Assembly: GCA_002189035.1 (NCBI GenBank)
Contig: CM007989.1
Coordinates: forward strand, 8,060,001-8,124,000
Reading direction: 5' to 3'
DNA: 64,000 nt
Source: Utricularia gibba
Lineage: Eukaryota > Plantae > Magnoliophyta
In this document: positions 38,366 through 51,300 of the stretch, one piece after another
How the letters are laid out: each line of letters begins with the position of its first letter
Position numbering within the stretch: the first letter of the stretch is position 1
Made by a program: the position numbers and the translations under genes
Notes under the pieces: generated by a model
The model's input: only the letters and a program-made list of their open reading frames with translations
The model's database searches: none
Told to the model about the DNA's origin: nothing

Positions 38366-39664
38366 TGCAGGGTTTCTGGGATCATCCTCAGGGATATCCC
38401 CTTCTACTTTTCCAACACGATCAGCACCCACATCAGCAGCCTTAGTGTAGATACCACCACCAACTCTCCCAAATAGAGCCCTTGAAGATCCACCAAGACC
38501 ATAACCTGTTAAAGCCCCAAATAAACCTTATCAGTCATTGCCATGACTGCATGATGAAAGCCTTTCCTACGCCCTTCCTAGCCTCTAAAGTTGTTCTGGC
38601 ATTAGCATATGTTGGAGTTTTCATCCCAACAAATCCAGAGAACAAGGATGCAATAGCACCAAGGAGAAAGGGATGTGGTACCGAAGATCGCCATAGCAAG
38701 AGCAGGCTTGCACTGTTTGGTGCTGTCAAAATGCACAAGGTCGACTCAGGGTGCTGAATCCTTCAACCGAGGCAAGGAAGCGGAAGATCAATACAGCAAA
38801 GGCAACCATGAAGGCACCAACATACTTGATGCAGCTCCTGCATCATGACATATTGAGTTGAAGCTGATGAGAAAGTTGCTGTAGGATTAGATTCTCTTCT
38901 CTATTTGGCTGATGTAACTATCATAACCAGATGTATTCACGATAAATCAAGTATCTTTTAGGTTCTTCCTTTACCAAAAAAGCAAAAATCTTTGAAGTCT
39001 TTTTGTTTGTGCTTGAGAAGACAAGACAGTGATGGAGGAAAAAAATAACAGTATTTGATCATCACCCATAAGCAAGCAAGAAGACCACAAGAAGTTTAGA
39101 TTCAAAAAGCACGTGCCAATAAAACCAGTGACTGTACTAATGCGGCAGCAACATCAAAAGAGAGCAACTAATTCGTTGAATGAAATGCTTCAAATCTGAC
39201 ATGTTCCAGAAATGAGAAGAGATCACGCAATGCCATGAACAGTGGTAACAGTTAGCTGCTTCCAGATGAAGAGATTAGTGCTGGAAAAACAAATCAAGAA
39301 AACAGAAAGCCGAATTTTTTAATCAGAAAGCGCAGGGCACAGATGCCGGGAAGCACAACACAAACGCTTTTCCATAAAACCAAAGCGGGATGACGGAAAG
39401 ATCTACTCTTTCCATCAAAGAATCTTTTTTAAGAAAACAACCAGGAAGAAAGGGAACACGACCTTCGGAGTTTGCAGATTGGATTTCGGCGCGCTTGTGC
39501 ACGACGAAAACGTCCAAAGAGCCATTAATCAACGACGAGCGGTTCATTAAGTCCACCATTGTTCTCTCGTGGCTTGCCGTGAGCAAGGCTGACCGTCATC
39601 TTAGAGACAGGGGCGAAAATCGGAATGAGGATCTATTCTCGGTGCTGTGAGAAAGCTCGCCCAT
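38366..39664 (-). pseudogene. AVP1: 5' remnant of a vacuolar H+-pyrophosphatase (AVP1-type) gene: exon 1, intron and exon 2 only
   Basis: Exon 1 39664-39463 (MG..TE/ILIP..VVHKRAEIQSANSEG|gt). Exon 2 38837-38366 ([99 protein letters not shown]). It carries internal deletions, a frameshift, and in-frame TGA TAA where WE is expected. Confidence 0.88.
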
Positions 39665-40233
39665 ATCCGTACAGCCACAGAGCCCCCTCTGGCAAATCGA
39701 AAATAGCGGGAGGATGTTGAAATGAAACGTGAGGATGCGAAAAGAAGCGAAGTGGGTACCGTAGCAATTCATCGGATGATTGGGCAGCCACAGGGCAGGG
39801 TTTGGTTGTTCTTGGAGTGCGTGTGTGGTTAAGGATACGACAGAGGAAGGAAACTCCGATCCCCATCCGCCTCGCCGCCACTTTTCCGCATTCGCAGTTC
39901 TTTTCATCAGCTTCCATAAAAAAAAAAAAAAAGCGATATTTTTATTAAGAAATTTCTTTTTTTAATAGAAAATGAAAAAAACTGATGATTGTTATTATTA
40001 TTAATTAATTTAGTTAACTTGATAACACCAAGAACTGAACTGAAATGGTTTCTTCTACAAATTGAGCGGCTGGAATTCGCTGGGGAGGGCGCCGTACATA
40101 TCCTTGAAGGGGTGACTTCGTCTCGTCTTCTCAAATCTCGCTTCGACGGATCATTTCGAATCGAATTTCGTTTTGAGTGGCAGGGTTCTGGAACGTGGTT
40201 TCGCTGTTTGCCCCTTGTATTTAGGTTGCATTC

Positions 40234-42916
40234 ATGACAAGTTTCAAGGAATGGTTTTTTTCTCAAGTGGTATCAAGATCATTAGGTTCAAGCAGACCAA
40301 TTTCAGTATCAGAAAGCGCTCTTTCTCGGGAAGGTCGTGGTGGAGGTTTTGAAGATGGAGGTATCTTCTTTTCCTTCAATTCAGAGCTATTTTGTTGTTC
40401 AATTTGTTTTGTCTTGGAATTAAAGATGGTGAGACCATGTGGATCGATCCATTTTTCTTTGGATCCCGAATTTTTTGTGTTTACATTGTGCATGTTTAAA
40501 TGGGGTATTACATATAATCTTGATACCTGTGAGGTTTATTTCTCTGATGGACTAGGATCCTAAAAGGATAGCAGTATGTAATGGAGTCCAGCCTCTGAAA
40601 TATGTACTTTCATTCACCGGGATTTGAAATTTTAATGGAGTGAAGTTCTGTTTACCGTGCTTCATCTTGATTTTTTTTTTATAATAGAATTGCTGTATGT
40701 AATGCAGAGCGTCTACCTCAAATCAACAGTATAATTCGGAGAATGGATTCGGATGAAGCACCATGTACGGCTAATGATTCACGGATAACTCAGCCTACGT
40801 CCCAAGCAGAGAATCCTTCTGTATTAAATAGGAAGAATTTAGACAAGCTGGATAAGGTAGAAGCTTTAAAGATTAAATTTTATAATCTACTTTGGAGACT
40901 GCACCTTCCCAAAGACAATCTTATTGTGGCTAAGGTTTTGTATCGGATCAATGTGGCAACTTTGATTCGAGCTGGAGAATCAGATCTAGGAAGAGCTAGT
41001 CTCCGAAGTGATATTGCTCTAGCTACTTCTGCTCAGCAGGATGAGTTCAGCCTTCCTGAATTGGATTTTTCCATCAAGATACTTGTTTTAGGAAAAACTG
41101 GCGTTGGCAAGAGTGCTACAATAAACTCTATATTTGGTGACTCAAGGGTAATGACCAATGCATTTCAGCCTGCCACTGGTTCTGTTCATGAGATTTTTGG
41201 AACTGTCAATGGTATCAAGATGTCCTTTATTGATACCCCTGGTCTCCAGCCTTGTTCAGCAAACTCTGACTCTAAAAATAGGAAAATTTTGCACTCTATC
41301 AAGCATTTTATTCAAAAATCTTCTCCAGATGTTGTTTTGTACTTTGAACGCCTTGATCTGATTAATGCAGGATATTGTGATTTGCCGTTATTGAAGCTTA
41401 TAACTGAAATACTTGGACCCTCAATTTGGTTTACTACCAGCATTGTAATGACCCACTCCTGTGCTGCAATTCCTGAAAGCGAAAATGGGTACTCTGTGAA
41501 CTATGATTCCTTTGTTAGTTACTGCACGGAGATTGTGCAACGCCATATTCATCAGGCAACATTGGATAACAAGCTTGAAAATCCAGTGATTTTGGTAGAG
41601 AACCATCCCTATTGTAAGGTGGATATCTCTGGGAAGAAGATTCTTCCAAACGGGCAGCGATGGATTCCCCAGTTCATGTTATTGTGCATATGTACCAAAA
41701 TTCTTGGAGATGTTAATAGTCTTTTGGACTTCGAAGGCAGTATACAATTGGGGCCTGTTAGTAATTCCAGGTTGCCTTCTTTACCTCATCTGCTTTCGTC
41801 CTTTCTCAAACATCATGTTAAGCTGAACCCGGATGGAGTAGAAAGTGAATTAGATGCATTCTCCTTTTCCGATGATGAGGATGGAGATGAATATGATCGG
41901 TTACCTCCTATTCGCATTCTGACCAATGCCCAGTTTCAGAAATTGACTCCATCTCAGAAGGAGGAGTACCTCAATGAGTTGGAAATCAGGAGACCTTATA
42001 TTTGAAGAAACAAATGAAACAGGAATGCATCAGAAGGAAGAATAAAAACAATGACAGCATGGATGATGACGAAGGCAACCCAGAGCACCCTGAGGCCATT
42101 GTGCTTCCCGATATGGCCCTGCCTTCAAGTTTTGATTCAGATTCCCCTGTTCATAGATATCGTTGCATTGTTACTGGTGACCAGTGGCATGCAAGACCAG
42201 TGCTTGATCCCCATGGATGGGATCATGATATTGGCTTTGATGGAATTAATCTCGAGGTTGCTGCAAACATAAGAAAACATTGTTTCTCATGTTTTACTGG
42301 ACAGTTGAGCAAGGACAAAAAAGAATTCAACATTCACTCTGAGTCTACTGCAGCATTATTGGATCCTGGAGGTCCCATATACAGTATTGGCCTCGACCTC
42401 CAGTCAGCTGGTAGGGAAATGATGTGGTCCCTTCGCAGTAACACCAAGCTGAATAGTTTCAAATCCAATGTCAGCGAGTGCGGTTTTGCTGTTACCACTT
42501 TCGGAGATAAGTACTACTGTGGTGCCAAACTTGAAGATGTGATTCTCCTGAAGAAGAGGATGAAGTTCAAGGCAAATGTTGGTGGAATGGCAGGCTCTGA
42601 GCAAGTGGCTTATGGTGGAAGTTTTGAAGCTACTTTGAACGGAAAAGACTACCCAGTTAGGCATGATAAGATCTGTATCACAATGTCGATTCTCTCCTAC
42701 AACAAGGAGATGGTTCTTGGTGGGAATCTGCAGACAGATTTTAGATTGTACCGTGGCACTAACATGTCTGTAACTGCAAATATGAATAGCCGGAGAATGG
42801 GCCAGGTATGTTTGAAAGTCAGTACCACTGATCACATGGAAATCGCTTTAGTTGCCATTGTATCCATTTTTAGAGGCTTGATGAGGAAAAAACCTAGGGA
42901 TCATGGAAATATATAG
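40234..42916 (+). CDS. TOC90: Chloroplast import GTPase receptor TOC90 (TOC159 family), with an apparent 1-nt deletion at ~41990
   Basis: Exon 1 40234-40360 (MTSFKEWFFSQ..SSRP) and exon 2 from 40708. G-domain motifs GKTGVGKSATINSIF and DTPG, no long acidic domain, and M-domain PDMALPSSFDSD..ARPVLDPHGWDHDIGFDG. One more G joins the two ORFs as IRETLYLKKQMK. Confidence 0.92.
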
Positions 42917-43212
42917 AATTTGCAGATGGAATAATTTTGTCTTCAATTTAGTGCTTTAGAGTCTTACAACTGTGAAACGATGTAGATCTGTGAGCCACAA
43001 AAGCATGTGTATTACGGCTGATTTTGGTGATAGTATAGAAAGGGCTCATGGCTTTCTGTAACTGTTTCTTCATTCTTCAAATTATTTTACAAATGGTACA
43101 AATAATGTGAGTTGAAAACTCAGTTCACAAAGAATACAGAGATACAAGTTGGCCAGCAATGTGTCTCTATGGAACTTCCTACTGGGCACCTCACTACACA
43201 GCAGTTTTTTCT

Positions 43213-44388
43213 TCATGGACTAGAATACCATAAGACATCAGCTACAATGGATACATACTCTGCATCAGAATCACAAGCATCCTTAACTTGGTTCAATATT
43301 TGCATCTTGAAAGCCCTTTTCTCCCTCTGCCTCATACCCTCTCCTACTTCTAACTGCACCACAAATCTTGCCACACAACCAGAAAATGGCTGCATTGTTT
43401 CTATTGCTTTCCTTTTCTTCTTGCCTGTACAGTTTCCTACCTTGTCAAAAGGGTTGTATATTTGATCTGTTCTCTGTAGATCCACCAGCCTCTTGATCAA
43501 CCCACCGTTGATCAATTTTTCGATGGCTTGCTTTCTCCCGAAATAACCGATTTGCATGATGCAAAACAGTGCCATTGCTCCTCTTTCAAGCTCCCCTGAT
43601 GTCAAGTAGCCTATTATATCTGAGATGCAGCCACTTAATACCAATTCATCAACTAAGGGGCTTCTAATGGCCTTGATCAATGAAGAAAGGACTAGCAACG
43701 AGCAGCATGATCCCATGGAAACCAAAGCCTTCAAGCTTCCTCCACGGAGAACTGATCCCACAAACACATCCTTGTTGTAAAGAACAAGCTCTTTTATCGT
43801 GACTGCGGCTTTTTCTCGAACAGCTTGTGAGAGAGAATGATTTCGAAGAACCACTTCCAGCTCCGTGAAGATCCTTGATTTCAGCAGCAAATCCTGAAAC
43901 TCTATGTCGAAACCCCGTGAAAGCCTTTCTAGAAGAACTGACAGCTTCTCCAACAATTTGTCTTCCTCCGCAGGAGTTGGCTTCACCTCCAAAGCGCGCA
44001 GAATCTCCTTCATACAGAGCAACAGCTGTCGATCAATCAACACTTGCATCTCAGATTCAATATCTGAAACGAGCCGCGAAAGCTCAAGGGTCTTGATACG
44101 ACAACCCAGGAAGGAAACAAGTCCGCGTATTTGCGGCTTTGAGTTATGCAGCTCCTCAACCGAATCTGCCAAGTGGCGGACACGGGTTGCGAAAGAAAGA
44201 AGACGTGGGTTCGAGGAGATCATCACGTCTGAAGCCGTTCTGAGCTCCAAAACTGCTTTCATGGCAAGCGAGTCGAAACCGCCACTGAGGTGAAAATCGT
44301 GAGAAATTCGGTACACTCCACACAGAATCTCGAATAAAAGTTGATGATGACTCTCTAGTTTTTCATGCTCTCTTTCTCCCTCGGCCAT
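43213..44388 (-). CDS. Intronless 391-aa protein, probably with an armadillo/HEAT-like helical repeat fold
   Basis: Long uninterrupted ORF that is Leu-rich and helical (VREKAAVTIKELV, GGSLKALVSMG, EKLINGGLIKRLVDL). A Site II-rich promoter lies upstream. The fold assignment is an inference. Confidence 0.75.
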   Translation of the reverse strand: MAEGEREHEKLESHHQLLFEILCGVYRISHDFHLSGGFDSLAMKAVLELRTASDVMISSNPRLLSFATRVRHLADSVEELHNSKPQIRGLVSFLGCRIKTLELSRLVSDIESEMQVLIDRQLLLCMKEILRALEVKPTPAEEDKLLEKLSVLLERLSRGFDIEFQDLLLKSRIFTELEVVLRNHSLSQAVREKAAVTIKELVLYNKDVFVGSVLRGGSLKALVSMGSCCSLLVLSSLIKAIRSPLVDELVLSGCISDIIGYLTSGELERGAMALFCIMQIGYFGRKQAIEKLINGGLIKRLVDLQRTDQIYNPFDKVGNCTGKKKRKAIETMQPFSGCVARFVVQLEVGEGMRQREKRAFKMQILNQVKDACDSDAEYVSIVADVLWYSSP

Positions 44389-44509
44389 GGCGTCGAGCTC
44401 CTCAAGGAAGAAGAAAAACGAGTGGAGCCGACGGGTCAGTGACGGCCATTCCTAGAGGTGAACGAATTTTAGGAATATACGTAAGATCTATTAGCCGCCG
44501 ACGAGTAGT

Positions 44510-44650
44510 CCTTCGGGCCCCACCACGGGCAGTTTTATATTTTTTGGGCCGGTCCGGGCTACTAATATTGGGCCCATTGGGCTCTGTCATTTGAGTGGCA
44601 TGAAGATAAGTGATGGGCCCAGGTCCTCAATCAGGGAGGAGAGCCCAATA
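44510..44650. promoter_or_regulatory. Site II cluster in the divergent promoter between the ARM-like gene and the PAP gene
   Basis: tgggcc, tgggccca (x2), tgggct and gccca occur within ~140 bp. Confidence 0.5.
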
Positions 44651-45153
44651 CAATAATGAGCTGAGTAAAAAAAAAAAAAAGTAAATATTGATATTTCAGT
44701 GTTGTCGTTAGGGGGGAAGGCTCATCATCGCCAATTGCCAGTGGGACGGCGTTACACGTATGTGGTGTTCAATCATTCTGTGGCTTGCTTCACTTTGAAC
44801 CCAAATTTTGGTGGGTTTGATTCAGTTTTAGGTGAGATCACCTACTTCAGCTCTGTAGCTGTTGTGTGACATCATTGTAGGAAGAATTAGTATGTTTTTT
44901 GGTGACTTAGTTGTTTATCGGCAACATGTGAATCTTTTTTCAGATTTTTGGGTTGAAGGATAAGGTATGAATTTAAAAAAACGTCTCTGTGCGATGAGTA
45001 TAGCTTGTCTTGGTGTAGATTTATAGTATGAATGTTTTGAGTCAAATTTAGATTTCCCGGTGATTGAGAAGTTGCGCTTGTATCAGCTTTCTCCTTGAAC
45101 TCAAGTGGCTCGTTATCGATTTGCGCCAAGAAAGCAAGTGGAAGGGCTCAGTG

Positions 45154-47677
45154 ATGATTGAACTACTGGTTTTTTCGTTTACTCTACTGGCCCATGTCAA
45201 CAATGGTTACGCTGGAGTGACTAGCACCTTTGTCCGCACAGTGTGGCCGTCTGATGACATTCCTCTGGACAATGAAGTTTTCAGAGTCCCTGAAGGTTAC
45301 AATGCACCCCAGCAAGTAAGCATGCTTATCATTTTCTTATATAATCTCCAAGCAGCTACATAAATCTTGTTGGTTTTGCATTGTCTTTAGTTTCTATGTG
45401 TCCAAAAACGGACAGGGATTATGATATGTAATTGTTTTTTTTTGTTTCTTTATTTGTAATTTCTAGCATGTGTAACATCAAAGCCCTGTTACGGTCATGA
45501 ATTCATAAGTTCTATCCCATCATGCATTCGTCAGGTTCATATTACACAGGGAGATTATGATGGGAAGGCTGTTATAATCTCATGGGTAACCCCTGATGAA
45601 CCCGGTTCAAACAAAGTTCTCTATGGATTGTCCGATGGAGAATATGAGTTCACTGCCGAAGGCACAGTCCAGAACTACACATTTTATCAGTATAAGTCTG
45701 GATATATTCATGAGTGCCGTGTTGATGGCCTTCAGGTAACGAACTATATGATGTGAGATGTATGAGTGACAGTTAACATTGGATTCCATAACATAAGATT
45801 GCCACAGAGTTTTGCTGTTGCTGTTTTTTTTTTCCCCGTGTGGGGAGAATCAACATTTCTTTTTTTTTTTTTTTGCAGTATGAAACAAAGTATTACTACA
45901 AAATTGGGGATGGCGATTCTGCTCGGACATTTTGGTTTCAAACACCTCCCAAGGTTGATCCAGATGCTTCTTACGTTTTTGGAATTATTGGTGAGCCCCT
46001 TCACTAGCTTAATTTCTTCTTGCCTGACATTTCTAGTGGTGAGCATTCTGCAAGCGTGTGCAAACCATGTAATCAATTACAATGGCTACCTGTTGATATC
46101 AACGATGATCTTGAGTTGTTACTCATTTTTTTTGTTATTAAGATTAATATAGATTATAGCACATAACTGTCTTTTAAACATTTTTGTAGGTGATCTTGGT
46201 CAAACATTTAATTCTCTATCAACTCTAGAGCATTATATGGAGACCGGAGCGCAAACTCTTCTCTTTGTTGGAGATCTTTCATATGCTGATAATTATGGAA
46301 ATAACGATGTGGGTGTACGTTGGGACTCTTGGGGTCGTTTTATTGAAAGAAGTGCTGCATACCAACCTTGGATATGGACAGCTGGAAACCATGAATTAGA
46401 TTTTTTCCCACATATGGTATTTGTTGCTCGTCAATATGAACTTAGACATTTCCTCTTGATTATGTTATTTGATGCTGTCATCTTCTCCCACATTTCTACA
46501 GGGAGAGGTTACACCTTTCAGAAACTACCTTCACAGATATCCCACTCCTTACCTGGATAGTGGAAGCACCAGTCCTCTCTGGTATGCAGTGAGGCGGGCA
46601 TCAGCTCATATTATTGTGCTATCCAGCTACTCTCCATTTGGTAATTTTTTTTTCTCTTTATTTCTGTAAAAAATTATTTTGCCGCCGATTAGCAATTTAC
46701 ACATGCTAGCTTGAATGAGTGTTATTTCTCCCCTTATATCTGTAACGCATTGCACATGTACTTTATCATTTTGTCAGTGAAGTATACACCTCAATGGAGG
46801 TGGCTTCAAGAAGAGTTGAAGAATGTCAACCGGGAGAAGACTCCTTGGCTGATTGTGTTAATGCATGTACCGCTTTACAACAGCAATGATGCTCACTTTC
46901 TGGAGGGGAAAGCATGAGAGTTGTGTTTGAAAGCTGGTTTTGCTACTATAAAGTTGATGTTATTTTTGCTGGCCATGTCCATGCTTACGAACGATCAGTA
47001 AGGCTGACCCCTCAAGTTTTCTATTCTAATGTTTTTCCAAGTCATAGATTTACGAAATATGCAATGCTTCTTGTGTCAGTATCGAATCTCAAACATAAAG
47101 TTCAATGAATCTTCAAATCCGGTTCCTGACAAATCAGCTCCAGTCTATATTACTGTTGGAGATGGAGGAAACCAGGAGGGTCTTGCTGAAAGGCAAGTTA
47201 ACATTTTTTACTTCATAAGTTCCCTATTCCTTGTCTTTGGGAGGAGTCAGATTTCTCCAATTCTTGTGCAGATTTCGAGACCCGCAACCGGAATTCTCTG
47301 CCTTTCGTGAAGCCAGCTATGGGCATTCCACCTTGGAGATAATAAACAGGACTCACGCCCTTTACCATTGGAATAGAAATGATGATGGAACGAGGGTGCC
47401 AACAGATTCATTCATCATACACAACCAGCACTGGTATGCACCCAAAACCATTCTTCTTTGAACAGTAAGTATATCCAGAACATTCAAATCAGGCATCTTG
47501 CGATGCAATCAGGAACGACAGCTCTGCCAGGTTTCATCGGCTCGCTCATTGCATGCTGACATTGTTTTTGGACCGTGATGTTGGTGCAGGGGAAAGAACC
47601 GCCGAAGAAGAAAGCTGGAAAGGAAGCACCTCCTCCACTCAGTCATTACCGGCTCTGCTCAAAGCCATGGACTCTGA
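45154..47677 (+). CDS. PAP26: Purple acid phosphatase, PAP26-like, 9 exons, with an apparent 1-nt deletion at 46905-46908 and one GC-AG intron
   Basis: Signal peptide, YNAPQQ|[17 protein letters not shown], and metal-ligand motifs GDLG, GDLSY, GNHE, VLMH and GHVH. The C-terminus is [10 protein letters not shown]. One more G restores [11 protein letters not shown]. Confidence 0.93.
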
Positions 47678-48146
47678 GCAGAGTATGAATGTGAACAAAT
47701 ATACATCGGCCCAAGTGTTCAAGCAACTCACTGTGCAATGGAGGTGCAGGAAATCTCCCAAGCCACATAAGCTTTTTTATTTTCATGCTCTATCTTGTTA
47801 ATACAAGAGACAAATAGCCTTTTAAAGGTGGTTTGATTGTGTTAAAGAATAAAAGAGCATGTTTGGTAGGCCAATTAAAAATTATTATGATTTCAATTAT
47901 TTGAGTTTAGTTAAACCGTAAGCAGTATTTATTTATGATAGAGTGTTCGATAAATAGAGTGTTTGATAATTGTTTAAAAATGAAAATTTCTCGATAAATG
48001 ATTTAAGTAGAAAAATTCATTTAAATATGAGTTTTGTGGGGATTATATAAATTTATTTATTTATTAAAATCATTGTATTAAAATATTTTGATTTCCAAAA
48101 AAAAGTCACTTCTCAAATGTGGCATAAGATTATGGGAGTTTCTGGC

Positions 48147-48155
48147 TTAGGGTTT
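48147..48155 (-). promoter_or_regulatory. Telo-box (AAACCCTAA) upstream of NAA35
   Basis: TTAGGGTTT lies ~220 bp upstream of the ATG. Confidence 0.45.
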
Positions 48156-48370
48156 AATAGTCAAACCAAATGCAAAAAAAAAAAAAAAGTTTTTTCCGTT
48201 AAAAAAACAATTTTTTATTATTTTCTTAAAAAGAGAACCGTTTGATTCGGCAACCCCGGCCCGGCCCGAGTAAAGCGCTGCCCTACCCGGTGTGCGATCT
48301 CAAGGCAGGTTTTGCAGTGTGTACTAAACATCACAAGAATTCACGTTACGCGCTGGAGGGAAAGGCACTG

Positions 48371-51300
48371 ATGGAGGGAAGAGAAGGTGAAACTCCGTTC
48401 ACTTCTTCGATTCCTTCCGGGAGCGACACCGTTTGGGTTGATGTTTCCTCTCTTCTCCGGCGGGCTTGTGATGGTGATGACTGTCCTCTGATTTGCAGTT
48501 CTCGATTGTTGTTACTTTTTTCGTATATATGATACTGTTTTCATTCGGATTGGATGATTGAGATAGTGTATAGCGGGCATTGTTGGTTTAATTTGATGAA
48601 CTCAGTGAAGTTGGTATAATTCGTTTTTATCTGAACGAACTCGTTAAGTAGCAATTTAGTTGGGTTTGATCTCGAGTGGAAATTTACGAGCATCATAGGG
48701 GATGTGATTTCCATAATGTGGATTGTTTCCTTAAATGAAGCTATTTTTTTGAAAATGCCATACCTGAAAGATTCAACCTAATGACATAATTTTCTGTGCT
48801 TTCTATATGAATGACGTGGTTGGTAATTGTCTCTTTTGCTTCTTATTGGTCTGTTGCTTGATGATAACAAGATGTAATTGTTGAAATATCTCAGTGAATT
48901 ACTAGATGGTACCTTACGTCTGCAGATATATTTTCCAAAAGTACTGCTGCATTTACCATTCACATTACGCACTGTCTAATATGTATGCTAGTTCAGGGAT
49001 CATGTTTCTTTTTCCATGTTTCATGCTAATTCAGTATAACATACAAATGCCTTTTTTTCGTGTAATTTCTCTAGATCTTCAAACTGATGAGCTCATAACA
49101 GGCGAGAACTTTAATCTTTTTGCAGCCATGTCAGCTTTAGAGGTATGACCCTTTCATTTTCAATTTTTTTCTGCATTCAGATAATGCTAGCTACAGTTGA
49201 TTTAAAAAAAAAGGCTATACGGAGTTAAATGTGAACGTTCTAATTTGCTTGGAAAGCAAGAACTCATGCCATTGATATTGAAGATACAACTTCATAGCAG
49301 GATTCCATGCAGAAAAGTGAAAATAAGCAGTGTTATGAACTTCTCCACGCCAAGCTAACTAATTTGATGTTATTTTCGCGGACGTTCATAGTTATTCTGT
49401 TTGGATTGGATAATTTTTAGGGGTTTTTTAATATTCTCATGGGATTTAAATTGGCTTGAATAGATCATGGACCCAAAGATGGATTCTGGCATTGTTTCAA
49501 CATATTGTTCAGTGGATGAAGCCATTGAAAATGGTGCTGCCCCTGTTCCATTGAGCTTTGATAGAACACTGGATGTTCAGCGTGTCATTGATATAGTGGA
49601 TCATCTTCTGGTTTGTGAGGTAACGTACATTCACCGTTGGCTAGAACCATTACTTGCAAGACTGGAACTAACTGAACTGCTTGCCGCCCTTCTTTTCTAC
49701 CCCTTTTCAGGCAACTTGGCATAAAGGAGGACCACTAGCACAAACTGTTTTCTCTTGCATCTACCTTATGAGACCTGAAAGAACATCATCTCATTCTCTC
49801 CTAAATTCCTTCTGCCGAGGTATTCGGGTGACCTGCAATGCTGTTGTTTCAGCTGTTTCAGATGCACGGACCAATGAAGTAAAGTACTTAATAGCAGACC
49901 TGCTTTCCTCATTTGCTTGCTTTAGTAAGAGTATGATGATCACTTCCTTTATTTAATGATGTTCTTCCACAGAAATACAGAATTAAAAACTATGGGTTCT
50001 GCTCCGTTGATTAATTGAAAATCATATTATGAGATTTTGTGTACTATGACTATATGATTGAAATGTGTACACTGTTTCTTCAATCTAGAAGGTGTGCATA
50101 AGTATGAAGTGCCCCACTTTTCTTCAATCTTTTTATTTCCACATCAATGTCTCTTGAAAACCCCAAGCTCTTGTATGTGGTTGTGTTAGATGTATAACTG
50201 GAACTAGTAATGTTGCGTTGTAACATATTCATTTAAAACATCAGTCTGATCACTTCCATTATACTCCACTTCAAACAGTGGCTGGCAATAGACTTTATTC
50301 ACCTCTTGATTTTTAGCTTCCTTAATAAAAATTATGCCAACTTTGCTAGCAAATAAATCAACTAGCATCAAAGTTTTGTTTCTCCGAGGATACTTTTCCT
50401 CATACATGTATTTAACATTTATTTAATCAGCAAAACACATGTTTTTTAGGAAGAGGACCTTTTCACAATGGCATATGGTCTACCGTTAAAGGCTGAGGGT
50501 GATGAAAAATGCTTATCCATTCTGCAAGCAGTGGAGGAGACGATTTATCGCCAGTTGAAGGCCAGCAAATCACCTTTTTCCAAGAAGAGGGTTATGTATG
50601 GTACGTAGTCCAGGCATGTTGCATCTCCACTAAATAGGCTCATTTAATGTGAACATTAGAATTGTCATGAAATCAACCATTTTTATGGCAAGCTTGTGTA
50701 CAACATTGGGTATTATGATTTCAGTTACTCCTAAAAATATGCATGTTTGAATCTGATTTCAAGCTCTTATGATCATTCTGTTCTGTGAGGCTTTTCCATG
50801 TAAGTTCTATTTCTATAATTTATTCATTTTCAGTATTTCTCTATCATGAAAGCTGTTCTGCCCCCATTTTTATGTAGTTACTTGCATTGCTTCCCAGTGC
50901 TTGAAGTATCTACTCTCGATGGCCTTTTTTATTCTTTTATTTTGTTGACAACTACTTAATTTAAACTTGCTGGTTACATTACCGATCTTTATGCAGATGT
51001 AGAACCTTTACAGATGGATCTGTATCTTGAAGAAGGTCTTTGCAAATCTATTTTATGCCGCTTACGTTTTCGTAAGGTCCTGCCATTTAATATTTCGAAT
51101 GCAAGTTTTTTTTAAGATAGTGTTTCTCTTTTTTTAGATCATATTCCCTAGATTATCTTCATGACTTGTTGCTTGGCTTATCTTTTTTTCTGTTGCTACT
51201 AGAAATGAATTGTTTCCATCTGAAGTTTAGCATGTCTTTGCTCACAGCACTTCTATCATGTGCTAACTTGTATGCGGAGACCTCAAGGCAGAGGGCTGGA

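Noticed and set aside
40743-42916. TOC90 as two separate genes (G-domain and M-domain ORFs)
   Set aside because: One added G at ~41990 fuses them into the standard protein.
46860-46998. PAP26 truncated before the GHVH ligand
   Set aside because: The -1 in a G-run is the likely artefact, and the downstream exons are fully conserved.
21143-47677. Functional proton-pump/phosphate gene cluster (AHA, AVP1 remnant, PAP26)
   Set aside because: The genes are interspersed with unrelated housekeeping genes and AVP1 is dead. Nothing in the sequence indicates co-regulation.
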